Shown: positions 1-9,955 of the stretch, piece after piece
How positions within the stretch are numbered: position 1 is the stretch's first letter
Layout of the letters: every line of letters starts with the position of its first letter
Source of the DNA: Pirellulales bacterium
GTDB lineage: Bacteria > Planctomycetota > Planctomycetia > Pirellulales > JADZDJ01
DNA: 64,000 bases
Direction of reading: 5' to 3'
NCBI GenBank assembly: GCA_035656635.1
Contig: DASRSD010000158.1
Coordinates: 32,778-96,777, forward strand
Notes under the pieces: generated by a model
Told to the model about the DNA's origin: nothing
The model's input: only the letters and a program-made list of their open reading frames with translations
The model's database searches: none
Program-made: the position numbers and the translations under genes

Positions 1-301
1 CGCGCTTCACCAGTCCTTTGGCTTGCCGGGGGTCTTCTGTTTGCTCACAAATGGCGACGCGCAGGCCCAGCGACACCAGCTTCGCCAAATAGCTTTCCAA
101 CTGATGGTGCGGAAAGCCAGCCATGGGGACGGCGTTTTCGCTTTTGTCACGACTGGTCAGCGCCAAACCCAACAGGCGCGCGGCCGTGCGGGCGTCGTCA
201 AAAAACAGCTCGTAAAAATCCCCCATGCGAAATAAAAGCAGCGCATCAGGGCATGCCGCCTTGGCATCCTGATACTGGCGCATCATGGGGGTTTCGACCA
301 T
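1..301 (-). CDS. mutS: DNA mismatch repair protein MutS, N-terminal fragment (gene runs off the left edge)
   Basis: Reverse-strand reading frame from ATG at 301 gives [76 protein letters not shown]. This is the canonical MutS domain I (PMMxQY, GDFYE, MAGFP). It is absent from the ORF track because it is truncated. Confidence 0.85.
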   Translation of the reverse strand, partial: MVETPMMRQYQDAKAACPDALLLFRMGDFYELFFDDARTAARLLGLALTSRDKSENAVPMAGFPHHQLESYLAKLVSLGLRVAICEQTEDPRQAKGLVKR

Positions 302-372
302 GACGCCGATGTTAGCAAAGGGAAGCAGAGTTAGGGAGTGGGGCGCTGCCCCCGTCGTCAAGGATGCACTTC

Positions 373-1374
373 TTACGAAATAAACTGCTCTTCTTCTTCG
401 CCGGCGCCGCGGGTGATTTCGCCACTGTCCTCCAGCCGGCGAACCAAATCGACCACCTGCTGCTGCATTTGCTCCACCGAGCTGCGCTTGACCGGCCCCA
501 AGTATTCCATTTCCTCCTTGAGCGTTTCGGAAGCGCGGGCCGACATGTTTTTCATAATCTTCTGCACTAATTCCTCGCTGGCTCCCTTCAGCGCCATGGC
601 CCATTGCGAGGTTTCCACATTCTTGAGCACGGTCTGAATATCTTTGTCGGAGAATTTTGTCAGATCTTCAAATACGAACATCAATCGCCGGATTTCTTCC
701 ACCAGGTCAGGATCATCCTGTGCCAGGTGCTCCAACAACGATCGTTCGGTGGCGCGATCGATGACGTTCAAAATTTCGGCCACGCTGCCGACGCCGCCGG
801 CGTTTTCGAACTGCTGGCTCATGACGCTGGCCATGCGGTTTTCCAAGCCCTTTTCCACTTCGTGAATGATTTCCGGGTTCGTTTGTCCCATGGTGGCAAT
901 GCGGCGAATAACGGCCAACTGCCGCTCACTGGGCAGGCCAGCAATGATCCCGGCCCCTTGGGCCGGCGGCAGGTTGGAAACGATCAGGGCAATCGTTTGC
1001 GGATGCTCGTCGACGATGAACGTTAGCAAGTTTTGGCTGTCGACTTTTTGTAGGAACCCGAAGGGAACCGCCTCAATTTGCTGCCGAACGTTGTCGAGCG
1101 TATCGGTGGCATTTTTGCCCATCGCTTTTTCGACCAAGATTTTGGCCACTTCCAAACCGCCGGAACTGACCGCCAGCGCGCCGGGGGTGGCGTCGGCGAA
1201 TTCGTTAATGATGGCTTCCTGTTCGTCGCCAGCCGTGGTGCCCATTTTGGCAATCTCAACCGAGACAGCTTCCACTTGCTTGGGTTCAAGCTTAGCCAGG
1301 ATTTTGACCGCGTCCTCTTCGGGAAGGCTGGTCAACATGACAGCGGCTTTGCGAATGCTGGAAGTAGCGGCCAC
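373..1374 (-). CDS. fliG: flagellar motor switch protein FliG
   Basis: 333 aa with [16 protein letters not shown] at the N-terminus, [15 protein letters not shown] in the middle domain and MFVFEDL in the C-terminal domain. Length and motifs are typical of FliG. Confidence 0.85.
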   Translation of the reverse strand: MAATSSIRKAAVMLTSLPEEDAVKILAKLEPKQVEAVSVEIAKMGTTAGDEQEAIINEFADATPGALAVSSGGLEVAKILVEKAMGKNATDTLDNVRQQIEAVPFGFLQKVDSQNLLTFIVDEHPQTIALIVSNLPPAQGAGIIAGLPSERQLAVIRRIATMGQTNPEIIHEVEKGLENRMASVMSQQFENAGGVGSVAEILNVIDRATERSLLEHLAQDDPDLVEEIRRLMFVFEDLTKFSDKDIQTVLKNVETSQWAMALKGASEELVQKIMKNMSARASETLKEEMEYLGPVKRSSVEQMQQQVVDLVRRLEDSGEITRGAGEEEEQFIS

Positions 1375-1616
1375 GGAACACTCTCACTTTCGCAACCAGT
1401 TGGAGATAATACTTGCCGCTGCGTGGGGCTCGCGCCGGACGGCAATCCGCAAGGCAATTATGCTGGCCGCTAGCTTGCGCTGACTGGCGCTAGCGGCAGC
1501 TTTTTGCGTTGGGAGGTCATGCGCACTATCGATGGCTTTTACAACTCGCATAAGCGGCTTGCCTTATTAGAATTCTAGCCTGAAATCTCGATCGGAATTC
1601 GATAGGGTCGGTGGCC

Positions 1617-1646
1617 ATTATCGACCCGTGCTGGTGGAAAACTTTA
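1617..1646 (-). promoter_or_regulatory. possible sigma-28 (FliA)-type promoter upstream of fliG
   Basis: The minus strand reads TAAAGTTT-N13-GTCGATAA. The E. coli-type consensus is TAAAGTTT-N11-GCCGATAA. Both boxes nearly match but the spacer is 2 nt longer, and the site is about 240 nt upstream of the fliG ATG. Confidence 0.3.
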
Positions 1647-1757
1647 ACGATTATAAGAAGTGTATGCTGTCGCAGCACTGCTGGCATGGATGGCTACAGG
1701 CATCCCGTTGAGCTCGGGCTCGCCCAGTGTGGATGAGCAAACTGCTTGGCCTGCTGC

Positions 1758-2249
1758 CTATCGATTGGACAGTTCGCACACGCCGATTTGGCCGTAGCAT
1801 TCGTCAACTTCCACGCGCAGTCGATCGGCCTGGAACGAATAGCGCTGCTGCAATTCATCAAGCAGTCGCCGGCCAATGTATTCGGCCAATCGTTCAGCCG
1901 TAGTGTTGGCGAGCGGTAGCAACACACAATCGCCCCGTGGAAAAACCCAGCGGCGATTTTGGAACACCGCTTCCACACTGCTCTCGTTGGCGATGACGCG
2001 GATTTGCGCATGCTCGGTGGGCAAAAGAACGTAATGATCGAGCGCTTTGACAATTTCCTGCAACGTGTCGCGCAGCGCAATGAAATCGATCACCCACTGC
2101 TCTTTGCCCAGCGGCCCAAACACTTCCGCCGCCACACGGTAGTTGTGGCCATGCAGCCGTTCGCAAAGATTTTCGCCGAGCGTAATGAAGTGTGCGGCGC
2201 TAAACACCAGGAAATCTTTAGAAACACGAACGTGAAATTGTTCAGCCAT
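1758..2249 (-). CDS. queD: 6-carboxytetrahydropterin synthase / 6-pyruvoyl-tetrahydropterin synthase family (QueD-like)
   Basis: 163 aa with FSAAHF and the CxxxHGH signature (CERLHGHNY) of the PTPS/QueD family. Confidence 0.7.
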   Translation of the reverse strand: MAEQFHVRVSKDFLVFSAAHFITLGENLCERLHGHNYRVAAEVFGPLGKEQWVIDFIALRDTLQEIVKALDHYVLLPTEHAQIRVIANESSVEAVFQNRRWVFPRGDCVLLPLANTTAERLAEYIGRRLLDELQQRYSFQADRLRVEVDECYGQIGVCELSNR

Positions 2250-2258
2250 GACTATTCG

Positions 2259-3170
2259 TTAACTTAAAGTGGCGCTCAGGCTGGGCACTGTCTTGCCCAA
2301 CGGATGGCGCGAAATAAATTCTTGCAGGGAGGCAATCACTTCCTGTGGATCATCTTCGACCAACCAATGCCCGGCCTCTGGCAGCCGTCGCACTTCGGCT
2401 TGTGGAATTAATTCCAAAAACCGCCGTAAATACCAATCATGAAAGCACCAATCTTGCATCCCCCACAGCAGCAACCAGGGGCGATCGGCCAGTGTGTGCA
2501 AGGTTTGTTCCATATGCCGCAGTGTTTCGTAACTGGGATGCCCTGGATTACGTGGAATATCTTTGACGAAGCGATCGACCGCCACACGGTTACGCCATGA
2601 ATTATACGGAGCCAGGTAACCGGCCCGGACCTGCGCCGACATGTTCTCTCGCTTTTCTAATGCCATCCGCAACGCTGCTTGCAAAAATGCATTTCCGCCC
2701 CGAACGGCCAGCGTGCCTAACAAGGGCATGCGCGCTAAACGGATCCGCCAGGGAATATATGGCGAATGAAATGCGGCGGTGTTCATCATCACAATTCGAG
2801 CAAATCGATTGGGCGATTGCAGCGCGGCCCCAGCGCCGATTGCTCCGCCCCAATCGTGCGCCACTAGCGTCACGTTTTTCAAATCGAGCGATTCCACCAG
2901 CCGACTGAGATTTTCGATATGCTTCGCCAATCGGTATTCATACCGCTGCGGTTTGTCGCTCAGCCCGCAACCCATGTGGTCTGGCACAATCAGCCGGTAG
3001 CGATTGCGCAATGCGACGACCAAGGCACGCCAATAAAACGACCAGGTCGGGTTGCCGTGCACCAAGAGCAGCGGCTCTCCTTGCCCTTCGTCGAGGTAAT
3101 GATACCGCCTTCCGTCGAGCATTAATTCGTGCGACGCAAACGGATACAGCGCTTGCCAATCGGAATTCAT
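2259..3170 (-). CDS. alpha/beta-fold hydrolase, haloalkane-dehalogenase-like
   Basis: 303 aa with LLVHGNPTWSFYW, a nucleophile-elbow-like VAHDWGG and C-terminal AGHW. Its stop is 10 nt upstream of queD, so the two are probably co-transcribed. Confidence 0.7.
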   Translation of the reverse strand: MNSDWQALYPFASHELMLDGRRYHYLDEGQGEPLLLVHGNPTWSFYWRALVVALRNRYRLIVPDHMGCGLSDKPQRYEYRLAKHIENLSRLVESLDLKNVTLVAHDWGGAIGAGAALQSPNRFARIVMMNTAAFHSPYIPWRIRLARMPLLGTLAVRGGNAFLQAALRMALEKRENMSAQVRAGYLAPYNSWRNRVAVDRFVKDIPRNPGHPSYETLRHMEQTLHTLADRPWLLLWGMQDWCFHDWYLRRFLELIPQAEVRRLPEAGHWLVEDDPQEVIASLQEFISRHPLGKTVPSLSATLS

Positions 3171-3391
3171 GGGTTGTGTTTCGCTTAAATTTGCGCGATT
3201 TTGTGCGGTAAATCAGCGGTTTCGCGTTGGTCCTGGGTGAATGCTAACCTTTTCATAATACGGCAATAGCGCGGCCTGCATAGCGGGGCTTTTCCTGCGT
3301 ATCTTGCGGTTCGTAAGATATGTGGAGGCGGCCAATGGGTCATCCGCTCGCTGAATTCGCTTAGTCGTATGCTTGCCCATCGAGGATTTTC

Positions 3392-5662
3392 ATGCACGAT
3401 CAAAACTTTCCTCCCGATTTATTCATTAACCGCGAGCTAAGCTGGCTGGATTTCAACGCCCGCGTGCTCGAGGAAGCGGAAGATACGCAAACGCCGCTGT
3501 TGGAGCGGGTAAAATTCTTGGCGATCTTCAGCTCCAACTTGGATGAATTCTTTATGGTCCGGGTGGCGGGTTTGCGTGAACAAGCGTTCGGCGACGGCGC
3601 CCCGCAAGATTACAGCCCCGACGGTCTGCGAGCCATTGCCCAGTTACAGCGCATCACCAAGCGGACTCAGGAATTGGTGGCCGCGCAATATCGCTGTTGG
3701 AATGAAGCAGTGCGGCCGGCGCTGAATCGGGAAGGCATTCGCTTGCTCACGCCGGCGGAATTGAACGAAGAACATCAGCCAGCACTCGATCGGTTTTTCC
3801 GAGAAAGGGCCTTGCCTATTCTTACGCCTATGGCAATCGACCCAGCCCACCCTAGCCCGCGCTATCACAATCGCGGACTGTATTTGGCTGCCATGCTAGA
3901 GCGTCGACGCGGTCTGGGTCCAAAGCAATTGTTCGCGGTAGTGCAAGTGCCGCAAGTGCTGCCCCGATTGGTGCCCCTGGGCGTGGGCGACGATGCCCAA
4001 TTCATTTTGCTGGAAGATTTGGTATCCACACGGCTGCCGGAATTGTTCGGCGGCTTCGACGTTCACTCTTGGACCACATTCCGCATCACGCGCGACAGTG
4101 ATATTGATTTGCTGGAACAAGAATCGGATGACATGCTGCGGTTAATTGAAGATCGCTTGAAAACGCGGCAGCGCGGCGAGGCCGTGCGGCTGGAACTTTC
4201 CGCCGGCGGAAGCGAAGAACTCAGCCGCATGATTATCGACGATGAAGCCATTCGCGATAACACGCCCGAGGGCTACAGCGAAGTTTATCGCATTCCCGGG
4301 CCGCTGGACCTTTCGGCCATGATGGAATGGGTGAAGCTTTCGGACCGGGAACAGTTACGTGATCCGCCCTTCTCGCCGCAAATGCCGCGCGGCCTGCGGC
4401 GGCGTGACGATTTGTTTGCTACCATCGCCCGGCGCGATATTTTAATTCATCATCCGTACGATTCATTCGACGCCGTCGTCGATTTTGTCACCAAGGCAGC
4501 CAACGATCCCAAGGTGCTGGCGATCAAACAAACGCTGTATCGCACCAGCGGCGATTCTCCTATCACTCGCGCATTAATCCAAGCGGCCGATAATGGCAAG
4601 CACGTAACGGCGCTTGTCGAATTAAAAGCCCGGTTCGACGAAGCCAACAACGTTTCCTGGGCCCGACAACTAGAACGAGCCGGCGTGCACGTGGTGTTCG
4701 GCTTTTTAGATTGGAAAACGCACTGCAAGTTGTCGCTGATCGTTCGGCAAGAAGGAAACTCGCTCAAGCGCTATGTGCACCTGGGCACCGGCAATTACAA
4801 CCAGATTACGGCTCTGGTATATACCGACCTGGGGCTGTTTACCGCTGACGAAGATATTGCCACGGATGCTTCGGCGCTATTCAACTTGCTCACGGGTTAC
4901 TCGCAGGGACACCAATGGCGCAAGCTCGTTGTCGCCCCGACGGATTTGCATCGGCGTACTTTACAACTCATCGAAGAGCAAATTCAACTCGCCCATGAAG
5001 GCAAACCTTCACGCATCTTTGCGAAAATCAACGCGATTGTCGATCATCGCGTGATCGAATCGCTGTATCGGGCGAGCCAGGCGGGCGTGCCAATTGACAT
5101 TGTGGACCGCGGCATTTGCTGCTTGCGGCCAGGCGTGCCTGGCATTTCAGATACCATTCGGGTCCGGAGCATTGTCGATCGGTTTTTAGAGCACAGCCGA
5201 ATTTATGTGTTCGGACCCGATGCGGACGCCAAAGTGTTTTTGTCCAGCGCCGATTGGATGCCGCGCAATTTTTATCGCCGCGTAGAAGTGATGTTCCCGA
5301 TTGAACAAGAAGATTTGCGCGACCGAATTCTGCACGAAATTGTGCCGGCCTATTTAATGGACAACGTGAAAGCCCGCATATTGCAATCCGATGGCACTTA
5401 CCTCCACAAGCCGCTTTGCGAGGGAGAAACGCCTTATCGCGTGCAGGAACGGTTGTTCGGCTTGCCTCCCGGAACAACGACTGCCGCCAACGACATTCGT
5501 TTGGCGACTACAATTAGCAGTAACGGCAGCGCAGCGGATGTATCGCTTGTTGAAAACCATCCGATTTCCGAAATTCACGCTGTCGAAGGAAACGGCCAAT
5601 CCGGGACCGGCTCATCCCACCCAGAACATGCTGAATTGCGAACCGACTCCGGTTCGAATTGA
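3392..5662 (+). CDS. ppk: polyphosphate kinase 1
   Basis: 756 aa. It has FINRELSWLDFNARVLEEAED at the N-terminus, the two PLD-like C-terminal domains (KTHCKLSLIV ... FLEHSRIYVF) and a low-complexity C-terminal tail. Confidence 0.9.
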   Translation: MHDQNFPPDLFINRELSWLDFNARVLEEAEDTQTPLLERVKFLAIFSSNLDEFFMVRVAGLREQAFGDGAPQDYSPDGLRAIAQLQRITKRTQELVAAQYRCWNEAVRPALNREGIRLLTPAELNEEHQPALDRFFRERALPILTPMAIDPAHPSPRYHNRGLYLAAMLERRRGLGPKQLFAVVQVPQVLPRLVPLGVGDDAQFILLEDLVSTRLPELFGGFDVHSWTTFRITRDSDIDLLEQESDDMLRLIEDRLKTRQRGEAVRLELSAGGSEELSRMIIDDEAIRDNTPEGYSEVYRIPGPLDLSAMMEWVKLSDREQLRDPPFSPQMPRGLRRRDDLFATIARRDILIHHPYDSFDAVVDFVTKAANDPKVLAIKQTLYRTSGDSPITRALIQAADNGKHVTALVELKARFDEANNVSWARQLERAGVHVVFGFLDWKTHCKLSLIVRQEGNSLKRYVHLGTGNYNQITALVYTDLGLFTADEDIATDASALFNLLTGYSQGHQWRKLVVAPTDLHRRTLQLIEEQIQLAHEGKPSRIFAKINAIVDHRVIESLYRASQAGVPIDIVDRGICCLRPGVPGISDTIRVRSIVDRFLEHSRIYVFGPDADAKVFLSSADWMPRNFYRRVEVMFPIEQEDLRDRILHEIVPAYLMDNVKARILQSDGTYLHKPLCEGETPYRVQERLFGLPPGTTTAANDIRLATTISSNGSAADVSLVENHPISEIHAVEGNGQSGTGSSHPEHAELRTDSGSN

Positions 5663-5675
5663 CGGTGCCCCTGAT

Positions 5676-7337
5676 TCAATCCTCAGTGGCTTTCCTCAGC
5701 ATTGCACGCCAATACTCTTGGGCTTGCTGCACGCAGTGAATCGCGTCTTGGGCAGTTGCCGAGTCGTCGGCTTTCAACGCCTCGACAATTTCTGCTGATC
5801 GTTTGTTCGTCCAATCAAGAAAAAACTGTACGCTTGCGCGGCTAATGTGCGGATGATAACCAATTTCGACATAGTAAGGCGCCGTGGTGGCGTAGCGATA
5901 GGTTTGGGAATTATCGGTAATAGCCCGCACTAAAAACCAACCACTGGCATTAAATTTCAGCGGCGGCAGCTTTCCCCCGGAAGAGCGAAAATCATCTAAA
6001 TTGGCTTCGATTTCGCTACGGCCGTTTTTGATCACCTCCAGGTAACGAATCTTCTCCCGTGTAGAAAGCGTCAGGGCAATCAGCAACTCGACGGTTTTCC
6101 CATCATCTGCTTTGAAGACGTAACCCGGGAGCTGCCCCTCGACGTTTGGCCGAATGAGCGGACCGTTGGTGATGATGGCTCGTCCGGCGTGCAGTGCGTT
6201 CCACCATTGATCCCACGCGAGAGCGCTTTCTTTAGCGTCACCGCCCTGTTTCGTTGAAGCGGAGGATTCTGAGCCGCTTTCATTAACAGCAGACGGCACA
6301 TTCACATATACACGGTTGTAACCCACCGGATTATTGTTGAATCCCGATCCGCTTCCGGCAGTCGGCGGAATACGCAAACCGCAATTCAGCAAGTGGTAAT
6401 AAATTTCCTGCGACCAACGGCCATTGCCGTACGGTTTGGGAAAGGCCGACAGATCGCGCGGCCAGCCGCCGGCCTCGTTGTCGACGACTCCGTCACGCTG
6501 CATGTGACGATTGGCCAATTGGATGGAATCGATTTGGCCGGCCGCAATCCAAATGGGCAAATCTCGCGCAAAAAATGCCCCCGCATCAACCCAAACTTTC
6601 TGTTCCCCACGGGCTTTTTTCACTACCGGAAGCCAAGGCAAGCTGCCTAAAACGTTGGCCACGGCTTTGGATTGACCCGCAGCAGCGGCATCAATCAGCT
6701 CCAGCGGTTTCTCAAGTCGGAACAGCCGCAGCGTAGTTCCCGGTGCTGTTAATTCACCGCCGAGGAGGCTATAGAAAAACGAACCGTCAAATTGCTTTAC
6801 GGCCCTTTGATGGACCGCTGCCTTTTGCGGGCTCTCGATGCCTACCGGATTTTTCGTAGGCGGCTCTTTTTTGTTGGACCACGTAATCAGTGGCACGACA
6901 TGCACATCGTCAGCCCGCATAACCAGTTCCAAATCTTTGGCGGGCCGATCGACATCCAAATCGCCGCTGTACCATCCCTCCTGGGCCATGTCGACGAAGC
7001 GTCGCATTTCCACGGTTTTCGTGTCGTCGGCGAAATTCTCGATTTCGAAATGACCGTTTTGATCCAAGTACTCCGGGCCGCGTTCGATCAAAAACTCATA
7101 GCCGCCATTCGGCAGCCGCAAAACGAGCTTATCGTAGAACACAAAATGATCGCCCAGCGTGGGTACCCCGGGTGGCTTTACCGGCTTGCCTTGTGCGTTT
7201 TTCAAGTGCATTCGAACGGCCAATGGTTGGCCAGTGTCACGGTCTACCACATGGATTTCTAACTGCCCGTTGGCGCGCAGCTGGGCCGCAGTGAAAACAG
7301 AAAGCACGAAAACAATAGCGCCGAAGCAGAATTTCAT
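5676..7337 (-). CDS. secreted hypothetical protein, tentatively CehA/McbA-like (PHP-type fold) with altered metal motif
   Basis: Long ORF trimmed to the Met preceding the signal peptide (MKFCFGAIVFVLSVFTAAQLRANG). It has an N-terminal beta-sandwich-like region followed by WYSGDLDVDRP. The family assignment is from memory of the motif pattern only. Confidence 0.5.
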   Translation of the reverse strand: MKFCFGAIVFVLSVFTAAQLRANGQLEIHVVDRDTGQPLAVRMHLKNAQGKPVKPPGVPTLGDHFVFYDKLVLRLPNGGYEFLIERGPEYLDQNGHFEIENFADDTKTVEMRRFVDMAQEGWYSGDLDVDRPAKDLELVMRADDVHVVPLITWSNKKEPPTKNPVGIESPQKAAVHQRAVKQFDGSFFYSLLGGELTAPGTTLRLFRLEKPLELIDAAAAGQSKAVANVLGSLPWLPVVKKARGEQKVWVDAGAFFARDLPIWIAAGQIDSIQLANRHMQRDGVVDNEAGGWPRDLSAFPKPYGNGRWSQEIYYHLLNCGLRIPPTAGSGSGFNNNPVGYNRVYVNVPSAVNESGSESSASTKQGGDAKESALAWDQWWNALHAGRAIITNGPLIRPNVEGQLPGYVFKADDGKTVELLIALTLSTREKIRYLEVIKNGRSEIEANLDDFRSSGGKLPPLKFNASGWFLVRAITDNSQTYRYATTAPYYVEIGYHPHISRASVQFFLDWTNKRSAEIVEALKADDSATAQDAIHCVQQAQEYWRAMLRKATED

Positions 7338-7522
7338 AAGCTCGCGTGGCGTAAAGTCGTTATTCTCAAGCGTAGCACGGCCCACGTTCGAAATCGCTTA
7401 TCTTGATGTAAACCACGTATACAACCTAGAATAGTTTGTGGACGAGAATGGCATTTTGCATTGTCGTTTAACCCGCGAATTTCGACAATTTTGCGGTAAC
7501 CTTTGAAGATTGCAACTACCGC

Positions 7523-8509
7523 ATGGCTGACGACTATTACGAAACGTTGGGAGTTGCCAAAAACGCCTCGCAGGCCGACATCCAAAAGGCGTACCGCACG
7601 TTGGCGCGCAAGTATCATCCCGATTTAAATCCCAACGATAAAACCGCCAAGGAAAAATTTCAAAAAGTGCAAGCCGCGTTCGATGTTCTGAACGACACCA
7701 GCAAACGCGAGCTGTACGATCGATACGGCAGCGCGTTTGAACAGACTGGGACGGGCGCCGGCGCGGGACCTCATGCCCGGCAAGCATGGCAGGCGCAGCA
7801 AAGGCCGGGTGGATTTGAAGAAATCGATTTGGGAGATTTATTCGGCCAAGGCTTCGGCGGAAGCGGCGGGAGTGGTGGCAGTCCGTTCGCTGATTTGTTG
7901 GGCGGCTTTCGCCGTGGAGCGCAAGCTGGCGGAAAAGGACGCCGCGGCAAGCCCATCGAGCAGCCCGGGCCCGATGTCGAAAGCGAAATCGAAATTCCCT
8001 TTCAAACGGCCATTCAAGGGGGCAAAGTAGAAGTGGGTGTACAACGCTCCGCAGGAAAAACGGACCGGATCGAAGTCAAAATCCCGGCGGGAATTCGCGA
8101 CGGGGCAAAAATTCGCTTGCGAGGTCAAGGCGGCGCGGGTGAAGGCAATGCGCTGGCAGGCGATTTGTTGCTGACCGTTCACGTGGCCACACATGCCTAT
8201 TTTCAACGTCGCGGAAACGATTTAATTGTCCGCGTGCCGATTACCTTGACCGAAGCAGTGGCCGGAGCAAAAGTCGATGTTCCTACGCCCAACGGCGCCA
8301 TCTCGCTGCGAATTCCCCCGCGCACCAGCGGCGGCGCCCGGCTCCGCGTGCGCGGCCATGGCGTGAAGCTGAAAAACGGCACGACGGGCGATTTATATGC
8401 CGAAGTTCAAATTGTGCTGCCGCCGGTCATCGACGATGCGACGGTGGAAATGATCCGTAAGCTCGATCAAGAGCATCCCACCAATCCGCGACACGAGCTG
8501 CGTTGGTAG
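7523..8509 (+). CDS. J-domain chaperone, CbpA/DnaJ-like (no zinc-finger domain)
   Basis: DYYETLGV...YRTLARKYHPDLNP J-domain with HPD, a Gly/Phe-rich linker and a DnaJ C-terminal substrate-binding domain. There are no CxxCxGxG repeats. Confidence 0.85.
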   Translation: MADDYYETLGVAKNASQADIQKAYRTLARKYHPDLNPNDKTAKEKFQKVQAAFDVLNDTSKRELYDRYGSAFEQTGTGAGAGPHARQAWQAQQRPGGFEEIDLGDLFGQGFGGSGGSGGSPFADLLGGFRRGAQAGGKGRRGKPIEQPGPDVESEIEIPFQTAIQGGKVEVGVQRSAGKTDRIEVKIPAGIRDGAKIRLRGQGGAGEGNALAGDLLLTVHVATHAYFQRRGNDLIVRVPITLTEAVAGAKVDVPTPNGAISLRIPPRTSGGARLRVRGHGVKLKNGTTGDLYAEVQIVLPPVIDDATVEMIRKLDQEHPTNPRHELRW

Positions 8510-8529
8510 TACAACCGCATTTTGCCCCG

Positions 8530-8961
8530 ATGGTCGATCAATCGTTTCCCAAGTTGTTGCGATTGCGCTCGCGAACTGACTTTCGGCGAGTGTACGAGCG
8601 CCGCTGCGCAGTCGGCGACAGTCTCATCCGCCTGCTGGGGCGTTTAAACGACTTGCCGCATGCTCGGTTGGGGTTGTCGGTTTCCCGAGATTGCGGCAAT
8701 GCCGTCGTCAGGAACCGTTGGAAGCGATTGCTCCGCGAGGCATTCCGGCTATCTCGCCAGAAATTACCTGACGGATTGGATTTTATCGTGATGCCGCGCG
8801 CTGCGGAGCCGCCGAATTTGGAATTGCTTTCCAAATCGCTGGTGCAACTGGCGTGGAGGTTGCAAAAACGGCTAAAGCAAGACGATTCGACCGCTCGACG
8901 AAATGCCCAAGCGGAAAAATCTCGCCCTCAGACGCGGGGGCGCAAAGACGTAGAAGAGTGA
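8530..8961 (+). CDS. rnpA: ribonuclease P protein component
   Basis: RLRSRTDFRRVYE...ARLGLSVSRDCGNAVVRNRWKRLLREAFR matches the RnpA signature. I used the ATG at 8530. The ORF-track start at 8503 is a TTG that overlaps the J-protein stop. Confidence 0.8.
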   Translation: MVDQSFPKLLRLRSRTDFRRVYERRCAVGDSLIRLLGRLNDLPHARLGLSVSRDCGNAVVRNRWKRLLREAFRLSRQKLPDGLDFIVMPRAAEPPNLELLSKSLVQLAWRLQKRLKQDDSTARRNAQAEKSRPQTRGRKDVEE

Positions 8962-8963
8962 CC

Positions 8964-9800
8964 TTATTCTTTCCGTTTGCGGCCTTTACGCCGTGGCTTA
9001 GCTGGTTGTTCCATTGGAGCGTTGTCGCCCGATGTGTCCTGCGCTGTGATGTTTTGGGAAGCGGCTAAATCCAAGGGTTTGTCCGCTGACTCCCCCGGCA
9101 AAATCCAAATCTCCTCGAACAGTTCTCCTTGTTCCAATCGCACGCCGTGGTGACGTACCAGTTCCAGCGTTGCCAAAAACAATCCTACCAAAGTCGATCG
9201 ATTTGTGTGTGGGCTAAATAATTCCGACATCGCCAGTTTGCCGTGTTGCTTCAATTGCCCGTGAATGCGCTCCATGTAAACGTGAATGGGGGTGTCGTCG
9301 TAAACGATGTTCGACGGGCCCGACGCGGCTTGCTCGCGCAATATGCGGCCAAAGGCGCTGACTAAATCCCACAGCTCAACTTCGTGAATGGGTTCCTCTG
9401 CCGGATCGCGCTCGCGCTGCTGCGTGTCGCTGGTTAAGCGTGGAAAATGCTGCTGCCATTGTCGGCCGCGCTCCTCGAGCATGCTGGCGGCGTCTTTGAA
9501 CTGCTTGTACTCCAGCAGGCGTCGAACCAAATCGCGCCGTGGGTCTTCCACGGGCTCCTCGATTTCCTCCGTCCGCGGCAAGACGCTTCGCGATTTGATT
9601 TCGATCAGCGTGCTGGCCAATTCGACGAAGTCGCCCACATCGTCCACATTAAGCTGTTGCAACACTTCCAAGTATTGCAAGAATTGATCCGTGATGGGCG
9701 CAATGGGAATATCGTTGATTTCGACTTCATGCTTGCGCACCAGGAACAAAAGCAAATCGAGCGGCCCGCGAAACTCATTAAGTTCGACCTGAAAATTCAT
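8964..9800 (-). CDS. scpA: segregation and condensation protein A
   Basis: 278 aa with LNEFRGPLDLLLFLVRKHEVEINDIPIAPITDQFLQYL, typical of the ScpA N-terminus. Confidence 0.85.
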   Translation of the reverse strand: MNFQVELNEFRGPLDLLLFLVRKHEVEINDIPIAPITDQFLQYLEVLQQLNVDDVGDFVELASTLIEIKSRSVLPRTEEIEEPVEDPRRDLVRRLLEYKQFKDAASMLEERGRQWQQHFPRLTSDTQQRERDPAEEPIHEVELWDLVSAFGRILREQAASGPSNIVYDDTPIHVYMERIHGQLKQHGKLAMSELFSPHTNRSTLVGLFLATLELVRHHGVRLEQGELFEEIWILPGESADKPLDLAASQNITAQDTSGDNAPMEQPAKPRRKGRKRKE

Positions 9801-9955
9801 GGATCAATTAGGGCACGTAAGGGGCAAGCGAGCGGGCAAAGGAACTCATTGACCACCGCGGAATGCAACCCTTATAATCCGCAATTCGATTCATTGATGC
9901 AATCGAAAGTCGCCCTCCCTGATTCTTTGCTAGCTGCCGATCGCTAGCCGCTTTC

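Noticed and set aside
7386-7522. Heat-shock control element (CIRCE or sigma-32 promoter) upstream of the J-protein gene
   Set aside because: There is no TTAGCACTC-N9-GAGTGCTAA inverted repeat. Only weak CTTGAT/TAGAAT-like hexamers are present, which is not enough to call.
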